A stretch of 64,000 nt of DNA. Source: Rhina ancylostomus. Lineage: Eukaryota. Positions 35,701-49,655 of the stretch are shown one piece after another. Below the pieces are notes generated by a model. The model was not told the origin of the DNA and made no database searches. It saw only the letters and a program-made list of their open reading frames with translations. Both the position numbers and the translations under genes were made by a program. Numbering within the stretch: the stretch's first letter is position 1; each line of letters begins with the position of its first letter. Location: contig JARFYF010000053.1 in assembly GCA_030265395.1 (NCBI GenBank), forward strand, positions 12,465,173-12,529,172, in the 5' to 3' direction.

Positions 35701-37314
35701 TACAATCAGAACTTATTGCAACCTTACAATACATGGCTTGCAAATCAAGATAAATAGTGTCCATAAAGCCCTCATCAGCACTTTATGGTAACATGGTAAA
35801 ATTACAATTTATTATCCCATGCGTGAAGTGTACATTAACTCCTTAACATATTTCATGTGGGTACAAAATATAATCTTTAAATCGTTGAACATTAGAGCAT
35901 CCTTCAAAACTGTCACTTTATACTCTGCTGGCTCTTGAAAGAACTAACCAATTAGTTCCAGCTTCTTTCCCTTTACCCTGCAAGGTTTCCTTTAAAGTGC
36001 ATGTTTAATGTCTACACCCTTCTTGAAAGTTACTACCAAATTCACCCTTTCAGCCAGACCATTCCAGATCATTTGTTCAAATCATTTACCACCCACTTGC
36101 CAACTCTCCAATGTTTATCTCAGTACTAGCCTCCAATTAATAGTTTTTCCATCCCTGATCTATTTTGAGCTCATTAAATTTCTCCTTAATCATTTTTTCT
36201 GAACAATAACTTAAGTGTTTCTGGTTTCTCCACGACTCAATTCCCTTTTCCTAGTACTACTCTGGAAAGTGTTCTCTGCATCCACTCCAAGGCATTAACA
36301 TCCTTTCTGAAGTGAAGATTTCAGATGTAGTCATCACCTAAAAAACCTAATTCCACATTGTAGTGGTGGAAAGGTAGTTAACCAAAATCAAATTTCTTAG
36401 GACTGGGGAGGTCAATCGTGCCAAGTTAAACATATGCAACACTTGGATTACTATGTAAAATTATTAACATTTCTTTTGCACAGCAACTCCATTTGTGAGA
36501 ATAGAATACACTTGCAAAAAAATACTGAAGGCAATCAGACAACAGGAAATAGATTTTCTTCTACCACAGTAATCGTGACAATCAAGGAGCTTAAAAAGCA
36601 GAAACACTTTTGTACAACCAGCCAAAGGCAGATGTCCACAAAGTGGAAGATTAGCTTCAAAGCAATACATTACCACAATGCACACACCTATTCCTCTAAG
36701 AGCAATTTCTGATTAAGTTTTAAAAATAAGAACCACTTCACTTTCACCAACAATCAAATCTCAGACTGTTTATTACAGATTGGTCACATTAAAGTATGAG
36801 GTCTTTAAGATTTCACAGGAACAGAATTGCACTATCAAGGCAAATTGAACACAAGACTATGAACACCTTCCTGCAATTTAGATTTTGAATGTAGAGATTC
36901 AACCTTTGGAACAGTCTAATCATTCTTTCCTGAACCTACTTGTGATCACATTCTAAAACCTATGCAATACAAATCTGATTCATCCAGGACTGAAAAAACT
37001 AGATAAGCACAAATGGGAACAGTACTAGTTTCTTGGGTTGCCGGCTTCTGAGTACAGTTCAAGGGCATATGCTCAATTAGTATCATTAATGTCAAAGAAT
37101 CCACAAGTCCTTCAGCTAAATTTGAGTTTGTTTACAAACCATTCCAATGCTCTAAGTCACACACATTAATGTACAAGTTTAGCTATAAAAATATACATAA
37201 ATGAAACTGCGGATTTATTGGGTTCAAATATCAGAGGCAATGCATTATTTCAAATTCAGGTAGCTAGACTCACTGTATTTATCTTAATGTCAAAGTATTG
37301 TTTGTCACTCTTTG

Positions 37315-37560
37315 CAAGATAAATTGAGAGTCACATGAACACTAAAACATACAGTGAAATGCATCTTCTACGTAGAGTGTTCTGGGGCCAGCCAAGTGTT
37401 GCCACGCTTCTGGCACCAACATAGCATGCCCACAACTTCCTAACCCGTACGCCTTTGGAATGTGGGAGGAAACTGGAGCACCTTACAGACAGTGGCCTGA
37501 ATTGAACCTGGGTCGCTAGCGCTATAAAGCATTATGCTAACCACTACACTACTGTGCTTG
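37315..37560 (-). mobile_element. V-SINE with internal deletion and Rex1-like tail
   Basis: Near-identical blocks with 57110-57410 (tagcatgcccacaacttcctaacc; cttacagacagtggcc; ctacactactgtgc). Confidence 0.85.
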
Positions 37561-39784
37561 TGCACAAGGTTGGAAGGAAAAGAATAAAAGCTGAAATACT
37601 TTAGCACTTACCATTAGTTCTCTCCACTGCACCCCCCTTCCCCAAACAAAATGGGCATTTAAACCACCTTTTAGTGAAGACAGTTTATTAGAATCCAAAA
37701 TTACTCCACTTTTTCCTATCATTCTCAAAAGCACACACTACATTCTGGGTCTTGCTCTGANNNNNNNNNNNNNNNNNNNNNNNNNNNNNNNNNNNNNNNN
37801 NNNNNNNNNNNNNNNNNNNNNNNNNNNNNNNNNNNNNNNNNNNNNNNNNNNNNNNNNNNNNNNNNNNNNNNNNNNNNNNNNNNNNNNNNNNNNNNNNNNN
37901 NNNNNNNAGAGCATTTTAACAAAGAAGCATTTATTTACACCAGCATTTTTTTTTGGTGAATGGATAACTGCAAGTGTCAAACATAACACCAGTCAATTTG
38001 ACAAGCTGGGAAAGATTGGCATTAACCATAGCACCCCATATTTCACCAGTTGAGTCAGAAAGAAACCACTGGGTATCATCCTTGGCCCATTTTGTAAAGC
38101 TATAAAACTTATTCATACTCCACTTCTTGCCCCCAAAACAGCTTTACATTTAACAAATTATCCAATACTAAAGTTACCAAGTCTTCATATACACACAGTT
38201 ACACTGTGCTCTCATTGCACAGATCCTACGGTAGCTCATTTCAATTATTTCCTCCAAACCTCACCACCCCCCATCCCCAAAAACACTCCCATTTCCAATC
38301 AGAACAATTCAACTTCTCTAGTCCCTCATAATTGAAGTCCACTGCTTATAGCATTGTAGGAAATCCTCTTATCCTCTCCCATGGCCTCAGCATCCTTCTG
38401 AAAGCATCTTACCCAGAACTGGACAATACCTCAGCTGAGGTTCAAGGTTTAACAAAACTTCATGTTTTTACTCTTTGTAAAGCTGCAAATCCTGTTGGCA
38501 TTATTTTAAAAAAATAGCCTTAGCATCCTGTTCACTACTCAAGGATGTGTCTAGGTAAACCCAAGTATTAGTTCACATTGCCCTTTTGCCTTGCATTAAT
38601 GAATGTATGAACTCCTGCTTCCACCTCAAATCTGAAGATATCAGGAGATAATTAGCAATTTTTTTTTAAACAGACCTATCCAATTATTGGCTCATGGGAT
38701 ATTCAGCTGTATTCCAACTTCCTTATCAAACCTATATCAAATATTTTTGTGATTAACAATTCTTAGTGAACACATTTTTACATTGTCAGGACTAAATCCG
38801 TTGAGTTATCTCCAAACACAAAATTTCCTTCTCTTCTAGGAAGACTCATTTTCTGACTTCAGAAGTCTTCACGAAGTGCATTTACAATAACTTTGTTACT
38901 AAAGCTGTCACTAAAACAACTCATTTCACTTTCCCCACATGTACACTGTCAAGAACTGAAACTTTAAAGACCTGCTTCACAAGGGCAGACTACCTCTCAA
39001 GCCAGTGATACAGGAAGGCACCCATGTGGGTTCCATACAGTTTCCAACTCCAACATTAATTTCATTTAAAATCTGAACAGTCACTAGTACACTTCACTAT
39101 TTACTCCACTCCCAGAAGCTAAATATGCTCATGTTAATTTATTAAACACCCATCTCTTCTAGTAGCAAGGCCACACAAGGAATGATTTCCTAATTTCAAT
39201 TAGGTATAACTAGTTCACTTTTACCAACATGAGAAAAAATTCTAAATAGTCATGCAGCAACAAAATGTGCTTCTCTGTAGACAGCAGAAACAAAGACGTT
39301 AGAAGCCAAGACCAACATTCCAAAAGTTGAATACCAGCAAGGACTTCCTTGCAAATTATGTCAATACAAGATTTTTTTTCCAAGAATTCTTCATACTTGG
39401 TGGACAGGAGAAAGTGGGTGGGGTAACAAGTAATCCTCAGTGATGAATTTCATCCAATATATTTTGCAAGATAAATGTCCTGTAGTGCAGAGGTCAAGTC
39501 TGAGTGATTTATTCAAAGCTGCACACGCAAGTTAGCTTCCAAGTTTGTGATAAGCCAGTGAGGTTGAAGAGAAATATTTGAATACAAAAGTAATCATGAT
39601 AAACTATGACAGAAAAAACACTATTCAAACGGATGTTAGTAAATACAATGACACCCAAGAGGTGCAGTAATCAGCTATGACTAAAGATTTAATGGTTAAA
39701 AGAAAAGGCTCTGCTAAGGGGGAAGATGAATGAATGAGATCTTACAATTTAAAATAAAGGAGTGACATCTAGAAAATAGCTCCA

Positions 39785-39975
39785 TTAAAATTTTAAATTT
39801 AAATTCTTGACATTTAAGTCTTTGGAATGTTGGAGGAAACCGGAACACCCGGAGGAAACCCACGCAGACACGGGAGAATGTACAAACTCCTTACAGGCAG
39901 CAGTGGGAATCGAACCCGGGTTGCTAAGCTAACAGCTAAAATATGCAAGCATTATTACACTGCCATTCCGGTCCT
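39785..39975 (-). mobile_element. Partial V-SINE
   Basis: ggaggaaaccggaacacccggaggaaacccacgcagacacgggagaatgtacaaactccttaca is the complement of 1907-1975. Confidence 0.85.
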
Positions 39976-40832
39976 TCTACAGTCCACATACAGGAGAAAT
40001 AGATTTATGCCTCACTAAAACCAATTTTATTGGACACTAACAACTTGTGGATAAGTGACTTGATCTTCAAGATATTTGATAAGGTTCTGCACAAAATTCT
40101 GAGTTAAAGTGAAGCTGAATAGCAGAGTATCTGCTTCAACAATGCGCAGATCGTGACGATAATGAACTTGGTGGCTATGGGAAGAGCCAGTGGCTGCATC
40201 CAGCAGAGCTCCATGGAGATCTGTTCTAAGTTTGCAAAATTAAAGAGTAGAGGCAGGCAGCAACAGACATGCATACGATGAAAGGATGGCCTTTTATGAG
40301 GGTGGATGTGCCTGTTATGACTTTGAAGCACTACAAACACAACAGGAAATCATTTGGTTTCTGCTCTACTGAAATCTTGCAACTTTTTTTGTACATAGAA
40401 GACACTGACGCAAAACAAAACTTTGCATAGATGTATTTCTAGGACACCATTTTAAAAAATGAACTGAACAGTTCACATTTTCTTACTCTTGAAGTACAGA
40501 TTGCACACATGCACACAAAACCTGCTGCATCAAATGTAAAAGAGCCAAAATTATGCAAAGTAATATGACTATTTGGTGTTGTAGAACTGCTAGAGCATCC
40601 AACCCAGGTACAAGCGATGAAATTGAAAAGTTTAAAAAATGTTTTATTTTTGAGGTGGGGTGTAAGGATAGAGCAGAATTTGGTTAAAGGGCCAAATAAT
40701 CTAGTTCCTTTACAACAGGTAATTATCTTTTCAACCTGGGCTGGACTGCATCAATGAATGCAAGCCGATATTCTCCCTTTGCCTCCTTCCCCTCTCCCCA
40801 CACTCCCAAAAGGATCAGTTCCAAGTTTCAAA

Positions 40833-41321
40833 TAGGCCATCCCCTGGTTACGAAGACCTAACCCCTACGTACAAATGAATTCCTATAACGTTAATAAATT
40901 CAGAAGTCCAACACATGTACATGTTGTTCTTACTAGTTTCCTTTTTCTCCAGTTGTAGTAATTGTTCTCAGTCTTGTGCGCTTTTGATGCCATTCATTAC
41001 CATACTGGAGAGGTATGGTTATGTGGCTTTTTCCAAATTAAAGACACAAATCAACTTAAGGACATCTACAGTNNNNNNNNNNNNNNNNNNNNNNNNNNNN
41101 NNNNNNNNNNNNNNNNNNNNNNNNNNNNNNNNNNNNNNNNNNNNNNNNNNNNNNNNNNNNNNNNNNNNNNNNGTCATCTTTAACTTTATGCCTTTTGGAA
41201 ATCAGGTCATCTTTTACTTGCTTAGCTATTCACAGTAACAGAAATTTTGGCCAGGGATGCCCAAACTTTTGCATGCCACTGTATAAAAATGGAAACTGTC
41301 CATTACCCAGAACAGCCTATA
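40833..41321. mobile_element. Tigger/pogo-like MITE remnant split by a Tc1 insertion
   Basis: Imperfect terminal inverted repeats: left taggccatcccctggttacg, right cattacccagaacagccta(ta). Confidence 0.55.
41069..41281. mobile_element. Tc1/mariner DNA transposon; interior hidden by an N gap
   Basis: Left end TA|CAGT at 41067-41072; right end cagggatgcccaaacttttgcatgccaCTG|TA at 41250-41283. This is a Tc1-type TIR (CAGTGGCATGCAAAAGTTTGGGCA) with a TA target-site duplication. Confidence 0.8.
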
Positions 41322-42075
41322 CTTGCTTGCAATATCATATCTTCAGCTTTATTATATAGTTATGCACTTTGGCATGAACATTGCAGAAAAACAACTTAAA
41401 TATTGTGCTAATTGATACAAAGCTTGGATATTTTGAAGATAAAAGGAAATTGCAAATTTCGTGAAGAGAATAAATTTTGTAATGTTTCAAAAGTGTTCTG
41501 CCAAATCAGTGATGGTGCAAAGAGCCAGGTGATCTGTCTACATTATATTCTGTTAGGATAATGAACAATAGATATTATAACCACATTAAATCCTCTATAT
41601 TAATGTGTTTTCAACTTCATTATATTGATTTGTAGAATTCTAAATTACTAGGAATATTTAATTACTAAACTTAACTCGTCAAGGGACTACATAATTGTCT
41701 GCAACTCATTAAAAGAGTGGAATTTTTCAAACTTGTCTAAAAGTCAAGTGCTGACAATTTGGAAACATTCCCAGAAAATGAAATTTAGTAAGAGGGCGGA
41801 ATTTGATGGAGAAAATAACGTGCACCAATACCAATCATACCAAAAAGATGTAAATGTACATTTACACAAGCTGAATCAACATCAACATAAAAGCTTGAAC
41901 TTTTCAGTGCATGACATGCGTAACAGTAAATAAAGTTTTCCATTTCCACATGTACAAAGGAGATAGCAGATGTATTGGCAAGATCAGACAAAACTATTAG
42001 ATTGGAACTAAATTGTATAGGCAAGGTGATTGGAATCATAGCGTTTTGAATTAAGGAGACTTCAGAATTAGCTCA

Positions 42076-42402
<327 letters not shown>

Positions 42403-44856
42403 TCAAATACTGGATGCAACTATCTTTACCAGCTGTTAGTCCAATACTACAGGAGGATTTCATATTTTAATCACAGATTGTACATTATAAAAAAAAGTTT
42501 GTGGAGGAGGAATACAGAGAGGTCACTCACATCTACCAAATGGAGCATTCTATAGATGTCAACCTCTATTAGAGGATCAGAGCTCCATTATCCTTGTGTC
42601 AGGTCAGTGTGTGGTACAAGCTTTGAACCTACTTTGAGACAGACTACCACAGAGCAAAAATCAAATCAAATCTTTTGTTGCATATGACCGAAAGGAATTT
42701 GGGTCACAAATGGACTAAAACTGCACCTTTTTCTAGCCTCACACATTAAACAGCTCTAACCATAGTTTGTGACTAAAGCAACAAGTTAGCTGTGCATATC
42801 CTAACCCATAACACACATTTGCACTTTTGGTTTCTCATGTAGTGCAGCCCCAACCATGCTACCTGCCCGTCTCTCCATTATGCCCTCCATCACCAATCCA
42901 TACAAAGAACTACCCACATTCACCCAGTTTGCTAAAAGCTTCTGAAGTATCTTGTACTTAGATTTGAAGTTTTGAAAAGGTAAATTTAAATATTGTTGTA
43001 TTTGGTTAAACACCAGAGGGAGCACCAGAGCTCAGTCAGCAGGACAGAACCACTATTGGTTGTATCTGTCAGCCAGGATCCAGAATTCTGGTAACTAAAG
43101 TTCTGGCATTTACAACAACTGCCCTCTTTCCCACCCAGGAAAATTAAAAGTTTGAATTATCCACAATTGGGTAGTTGGGCAGGCTGCATCATTCAACTGG
43201 TAGGCTGCTACTTCAGGTTGGGTGCCACAACACAAACTTTCATGCTTAGGATTGCAATAGAGAAGGGAATTCAGAAGCCTCTATGCAAGAGTGCTAGGTA
43301 TGTAGAATTTCTACCATGGAGTGCCTGAAACTAGTAGCACAGATGTATTTTTTGGGGAGAGGTTGGGCATCTACATCAGGGAGAAGGAAACAGGACTATG
43401 TTTGTATATTAAGTGGAGGAAAAATGGGAGAAACCTCAAGCTGAGTGTAAGTTACCATGGACTGGACTGACCAATTGGCCTGTTTCGGTAACACAATTCT
43501 ATGTAATCCTTTGTAAGTATGGCTCAAAAGAAATCCCTACACAGAATTTGCTGGTTCATGTTAGATAGGCCACTAGTTCTTTTTTGGCTGCCTGGTTCTT
43601 TTTCTTTGCTCGATCTTGGTCTTATTGGCAGTCAGTTTTAACCTGACCACGTCACTTGATTGTTCAGTAACATCATTGTTGTGTGAATGATGGGAGATTC
43701 TGGTATACAGACATGCAACTCTTTCAACATCAGTATTTAATTCTATTTGGTTAGATGCCAGACTGAGAATTTTGAAGAGTCGCATCACCCTCAAGACACA
43801 AATTAAATTATACATTTTTGGATTCAAATGAAAATGCAAATAAATGCCAAATAGCAATTAATTACTGAAAATACTGCTTGCTCATAGGACACACTGGAAT
43901 AATTGAAAATTCAAGCAGAGGAGAACTAATTAGGCTTCCCCAGTCTCCAGCAGCAGCTCAATGGACACTCAGAAGGTATTTTGAATATGGAAGGAGGCCA
44001 ATGTGAAAAGATCAACTTACAGGGCAAGAAACACCAAATGTCTGACATTGTAGCATATCAGAATATCATATGCAATACATATATACATGGAAATTACCTG
44101 CAGAAAATTAATAAATTTGAGACAGATTGCAATATGTTATATAATCACATGATTCCATTCAAGTGCTACAAGATCCATTTTGCATATTTCACAAACCATC
44201 TGAATGCCCTGCTCTAAGCCATTTGCAAAACCAACTTTTAGGGAGGGACTCATGCTGATAATGACAATTAATGTTCCTTTGATCCATAACACTGGAAGTG
44301 TGGATATAATCTACTGAGGTCAAACTATACAGCAGAGCCAGGAGAGACTGGCATAGCAAGCAGTTTCGTAACAGGGATGGGACAAATCACATCATGGATT
44401 CATATCCCATTTTGTTCACTAATGAAATGAAATTCAAATGTGATCAATTACAGGGTGAAACAAGGCTTGTAGTAAAAACATATTCTGGAATATGAAAGTC
44501 CCTTAAGAATTTCTAAGAAGAACCTTCCCCAACTGTGCAAATCCATTTTGATTCCTAATTCCCACTGAACTAATTGCTCTGCCAACATTGCACAAGCAAA
44601 CAAATATCAAAGCTGAAGGAAACATTATCAGATCAACTTTATGTAATCAGCTGCCTACCAAATTACATGTTTATAGTGGCATCTTCTAGTAAGGATAAAC
44701 CTGGTCAGTAGAGCAGAACTGAAGGCTCCACATTCNNNNNNNNNNNNNNNNNNNNNNNNNNNNNNNNNNNNNNNNNNNNNNNNNNNNNNNNNNTAATACT
44801 ACAACAGTACATTAAAAGGCAGTGAGCTATTCAATTTGTTCAATAAGATTTCTTAC

Positions 44857-44913
44857 TGTTCCTGCTGTGTCGAGGATTTCAAGCATACACTGTTGGCAGT
44901 CTACTTCAACTTG
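44857..44913 (-). CDS. RAP1A: RAP1A coding exon 3 (aa 43-61, QVEVDCQQCMLEILDTAGT, G3 DTAG)
   Basis: Absent from the ORF track; translated by hand. 57 nt, acceptor TCTTTTTGCAG, donor ACA|GTAAGA. Cys48 is the RAP1A-type residue and Thr61 is the Rap hallmark. Confidence 0.97.
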
Positions 44914-47900
44914 CTGCAAAAAGACAGAATACATCTTAATTAAATCTTCCACAGCTTGATTTACAACTTATGATTAAAATGCAACAATACCCTTCATAAA
45001 TGAATTCTCAAAATGTTGTCATTTCTTAAAGACAGATGGACACAAGTGGATCATCTGGTGCCTCATGTCTGCTCCAATCAGTTAGATCATGGCTGAATTG
45101 CACATCAATCCCATTTATTTGCCTCTCAATATTCATGCTCAACATTTCAGATTTCAGCTTCAAAACTGATACAGACTTAAAATATTATCCAGTTTCCACT
45201 AACTGGGGAAGCAAAAATGCCTTCTGATTTTAATGCTGAATAATTCAATTTCAAGATTTTGTCCCCTTGATTAGGTTTCCCATTTTGGTCTGAATGGGCC
45301 TGTGTGGAATGGAAGCCATAAACAACTTTAGAACCTAAAGAGATTGCAGATGTTGGAATTTGGAGTAACAATCTGCTGCAAGAACTTGTGGGGGGGAGAA
45401 AGAGTGGTAGGGAAAGGAACTGTTGATGTTTCAGGTCGAAACACTGCACCAGGACTGTTGGATCCTCAAATTTTAATAATTGAGTAGTTCCTGTTTTGTT
45501 ATGCACAAGGACACAAAAATGTGCTTTAACAGCAATTGCTTTGGAGACTAATTCAGGATTATTTCAGAAATATATAAGGAACTTGTCACTGGAGAATGGA
45601 ATTTTCTTGCTGGCTATGTAGCACGTGAAAAGATTTGGGTCATGTTAATATCCAGTTAAATGAGGAACTGAGCATATACTGTACACAATGTGACATTTTG
45701 TTACAATGTTTCATACCAGCCATCCCAGAGACAAAGATTGCCAAATTGAAGCCAGATCAGAATTTTATGTTGTGAGTTGATTAAATTTCTCAATTTACTG
45801 CTGAAATACAAATTGAAAAATAATTACAGAACTGTGAAAAAGTGTTTTAATTCTGCAGGGTCTGATGGCAGCAATTTTTGTTCTGGAATTTACTGACGAT
45901 TGACTGAAAATTAAGTATTGATTTAAATCCATTTTGAATGAAGGTCATTAACATAGAAAATACTCCCCAGTACTATGTGACTGAAGTATTTTAATTTCAC
46001 ACATTCAGCATATGCAGTATTTTGCTTCTGAACCACATTCATGCAAAAATGAAACTAGTTTCATTTGAAACTAGTTTCATATCATAATGTGCCCATTATG
46101 ATATCCATTAATAACAGCTCAAAATGGGAAGCATTCAATATATAGGATTTACTTTAATTTTACAGTTTCAACTGAGAAAAATTCCATTTACAAAAAGAGA
46201 TTTATGAAAGTGTTCAGAAAAATTAATGAGCCTTCACCAAAAGATTGACACACCACAACTGAATAGAGAAGTCATCACTGTTGCTGCTTTTTAAAAAAAA
46301 ATGCAGGTGGAACAGAAGTAACTTCAGGTCCATTGATCACATCTACTGAAAGCAACTGAAAAACATTGGTAACCTTGTGTTGCTTTGCAAGGCCTCCACT
46401 TGGGAAATTATAGCCTATTGTGGGAACAGCAGTCTGATTTGCTCATCACCCTCATTTCCTGAGACCACTAGTTAATAATGTAGAGGCAAAAAAAAAATCA
46501 CTTTAGTGACCAGCTCAAAAACAGGATGGGGGGGGGGGGAGAATGGCTGCTGATAGGTAATAGTACGAAACAAAAAAAGATCTCATCTCATTTCCTTGTG
46601 TTAGTCACAATGTGATCAAATTAAATAGTAGCACAGGATACCCAAGATCAAGTGAAAGATAACCATCCCTGCTGAGGTAGGACCCACACTATACATTTTC
46701 TAGCTTTCTCAATCTTTCAACAAATCAGTTTTGCAAGAAATAATGATNNNNNNNNNNNNNNNNNNNNNNNNNNNNNNNNNNNNNNNNNNNNNNNNNNNNN
46801 NNNNNNNNNNNNNNNNNNNNNNNNNNNNNNNNNNNNNNNNNNNNNNNCACACTATACATTTTCTAGCTTTCTCAATCTATCAACAAATCAGTTTTGCAAG
46901 AAATAATGATTAGACATCTGGTAATTTTAGGAGGAAACCATATAAAACGGGACAGAAAAGGAGAACATGACAACTGGGGTAGATGGAGGGGTGGGACCAT
47001 GGGGAGCAAAAATACACAAACAAGCTGGAACAAATGTCCTGCATGTACATTTCTATGCAATAAAGGACAGAGATTGAAAGCCTCAGATCAAGTCCTTTAA
47101 TCAAGCAAATCTCAAGTGCAATTTACTGCATTCCCACTTGCTCATTCCTAATATTATAGATAAGTTTAGTTTTTTTAAAAAAAGATTTGCTCAAATCCTG
47201 AATAGCATAGCAAGGCTCCATCCTAGGCTGTAGGTGAATAGAATATACTGCAAATCCAACTGTCCTTCAATACTTGGGGAGAAAATAGAAAAATTAAGGT
47301 ACACAGCTTGGGGGGGGGCTGTGGGGGCAAGATCAACTGGATTACTCATTGACTAATACAGTATAGGGCATGAAATTGAATACAGTTTTCCATTGGGGGG
47401 CTAAATCGTTTTCTGTGCTATATCAACAATTAATAGTCTTGGTGGGATGACCCACCACCACCTCTGCTGTACTACTGTAAAATTCTAAACTAATGCTCTG
47501 TAGCCAAGGGTGAAACTCCCAGCTGTCTAACTGGTGTTTTAATTTAGGGAAGGGTCACTATTCAAATGTTGAAATTAAAACTCCACATATCCAAACACTT
47601 CAAAGAAGTTGAAACTCAGGTAGATATTAAAATTGCAAATATGAAATCGGTAAGATTTTTGATCAAAGTTCATCCACCCAAAACATTAACTCCCATCTCT
47701 GTCTATGTATGCTATTAGTCCTAAGTGTTTCTAACATTTATTTCACATTTGGTACAAACATTTACTTTTGGTAAGATTGCCAGAAAAGATTATTTAGAGA
47801 TTATGGAACTAAAATAGGGATCTGGAGTTAAAATGCAGATTAATTAAAAGAATGGTGAAACAGTCTTTGTAATCTGAATGTCTTCTATTATGTTCACAAA

Positions 47901-47934
47901 TGCTTTTTCCCTTGATCATCTGGTGTGGGGGCAT

Positions 47935-48290
47935 TAGAAACATAGAAAAACTACGGCACAATTCAGGCCCTTCGGCCCACAAAGTGTGCATTGTAATAAG
48001 TAAAACAGTTTCTTTATTGATAAAACTAACTGTATCAAAAGCCTTTATTTTTAGTGTTATGGAATATAAGGAGCTTGAGAAAATTGAAGGCAGGACAGTT
48101 GACGTGACATACATGGACTTAAGGCTATTGACAAGGTCCTGCACAGTACCCTAGCCCAGAAAGTCAAGCCGCATGAGGTTCTTGGTATTGTGGCAAACTA
48201 GATCCAAATTTGGCTTGCTGACACAAGGTAGGGGATAGTAGAAGAGGATGATGTTAAGACTGCAGGTCTCACAGGCCTCATTAATTGGGA
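47935..48290. mobile_element. CR1 fragments (minus-strand tail 47935-47985; plus-strand RT piece 48070-48290)
   Basis: agaaacatagaaaaactacggcacaattcaggcccttcggcccac is a CR1 tail complement. ORF text EGRTVDVTYMD resembles CR1 RT VDVVYMDFSKAFDKV. Confidence 0.65.
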
Positions 48291-49214
48291 AGTGGCCTTC
48301 TGTTTATAAATGAGAAACAATGGGTCCACTCCAGGACATCTCCAATGGCATCTAAAGCCTCAACAGAAGGTAGATGAACTGGCAACAAACAATTTAGAGA
48401 TCTAGGTTAAGATAGCAAAATACTTGTGCTGAGAGTTTGTTCATACAAGCAACTCATTCTCCACATGATCATCATTAGCAATCAATTTCATGCTCCTCTG
48501 TATCTGATTAGCTCAGTACCAATAACCAAATATCACACAATTGAAGTGGGAACTGGAGATGATACTGTGGAAGTCAATAGTTTAAACTGCAACAGTACAA
48601 AGTTAGACAAAACTGTTTGGACCTGGACTGGACTATCAATGTGGTAGTCTCATTGGAGAATAGGAGGAGTAGAAGGGAGATGGGTTTACTTCCTTACAAA
48701 AACCTAAAATGGCACAAGAATCTGGGATTGCAGAGATCCTAGGCCCAACACTGACAAAGAGGCACCCCCAAGTCTTGAACTCAGAACAAAAAGGGAAGCT
48801 GCAAGTCTGACCAAGGCCAATCACTTTACCTTGAAGGCAGCGTACTGGCAAAGTCCAATTTCTTTTAAGTTGCCGCGGCAAGTAATTTGAACGAAACTCA
48901 GTGCACCCTTTGCTCATTGTATTAGAGACACTACCTACAAATGACAGTTTGGCACAACACCTCCAAGGAAAGCAAACCTAGCTTATCCAGCCTCTCCCAA
49001 TCATTAAGGTGCTCCATCACCAGTAACATCCTGTTGACTGTAATCAGCATTGTCCTGGGGTTTTCCCCAACTCAATATCTAAATAACAAATCACTATAAT
49101 GACAACTACTGGAGTTACAAATGATTCAGGAAATTCTAATAGTTTAAAATATTTGATACCCGGTTATGATACTTTCCTCAGGAAATCAAACCTATACTCT
49201 AACATCCGTCAATT

Positions 49215-49450
49215 TTACCCCACTGTTACAAGACTCTTGAATGGCCCTCTTGTATGATAATGAATTTGATCTCTTAATCTACCTTGTTATGGACCTTGCA
49301 CCTTGTTTACCTGTAACTATAACAACTATATTCTCTGTTGTTATTGCTTTACCTTTTCTACTATCTCAATGTACTTGGAATGATCTGTATGGATAGCAAG
49401 CAAAACAGTTTTTCCATCATCTCGGTTATTGTTTTATTATTGTCACATGT
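49215..49450 (+). mobile_element. Rex1/Babar 3'UTR fragment
   Basis: accccactgttacaagactcttgaatgg...atctaccttgttatggaccttgcacctt; similar to 11220-11460. Confidence 0.75.
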
Positions 49451-49499
49451 ATGAAGTGTTTTGCTATGTTAATTGCAATAAAAATACAGATTTGTGCTA

Positions 49500-49655
<156 letters not shown>

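Noticed and set aside
43573-43857. Minus-strand ORF ending in a basic tail (QRKRTRQPKKN) as an alternative Rap1 C-terminal exon
   Set aside because: No CAAX and no GTPase similarity, and it lies between coding exons 3 and 4, where it would truncate the G domain.
46050-46080. Repeated palindrome TGAAACTAGTTTCA, and similar micro-duplications at 15907-15972 and 54169-54207
   Set aside because: Short slippage or repair duplications in intronic or repeat DNA, with no evidence of function.
46687-46910. ~60-bp direct repeat
   Set aside because: It flanks a 100-N gap with one mismatch; probably an allelic or overlap assembly artefact.
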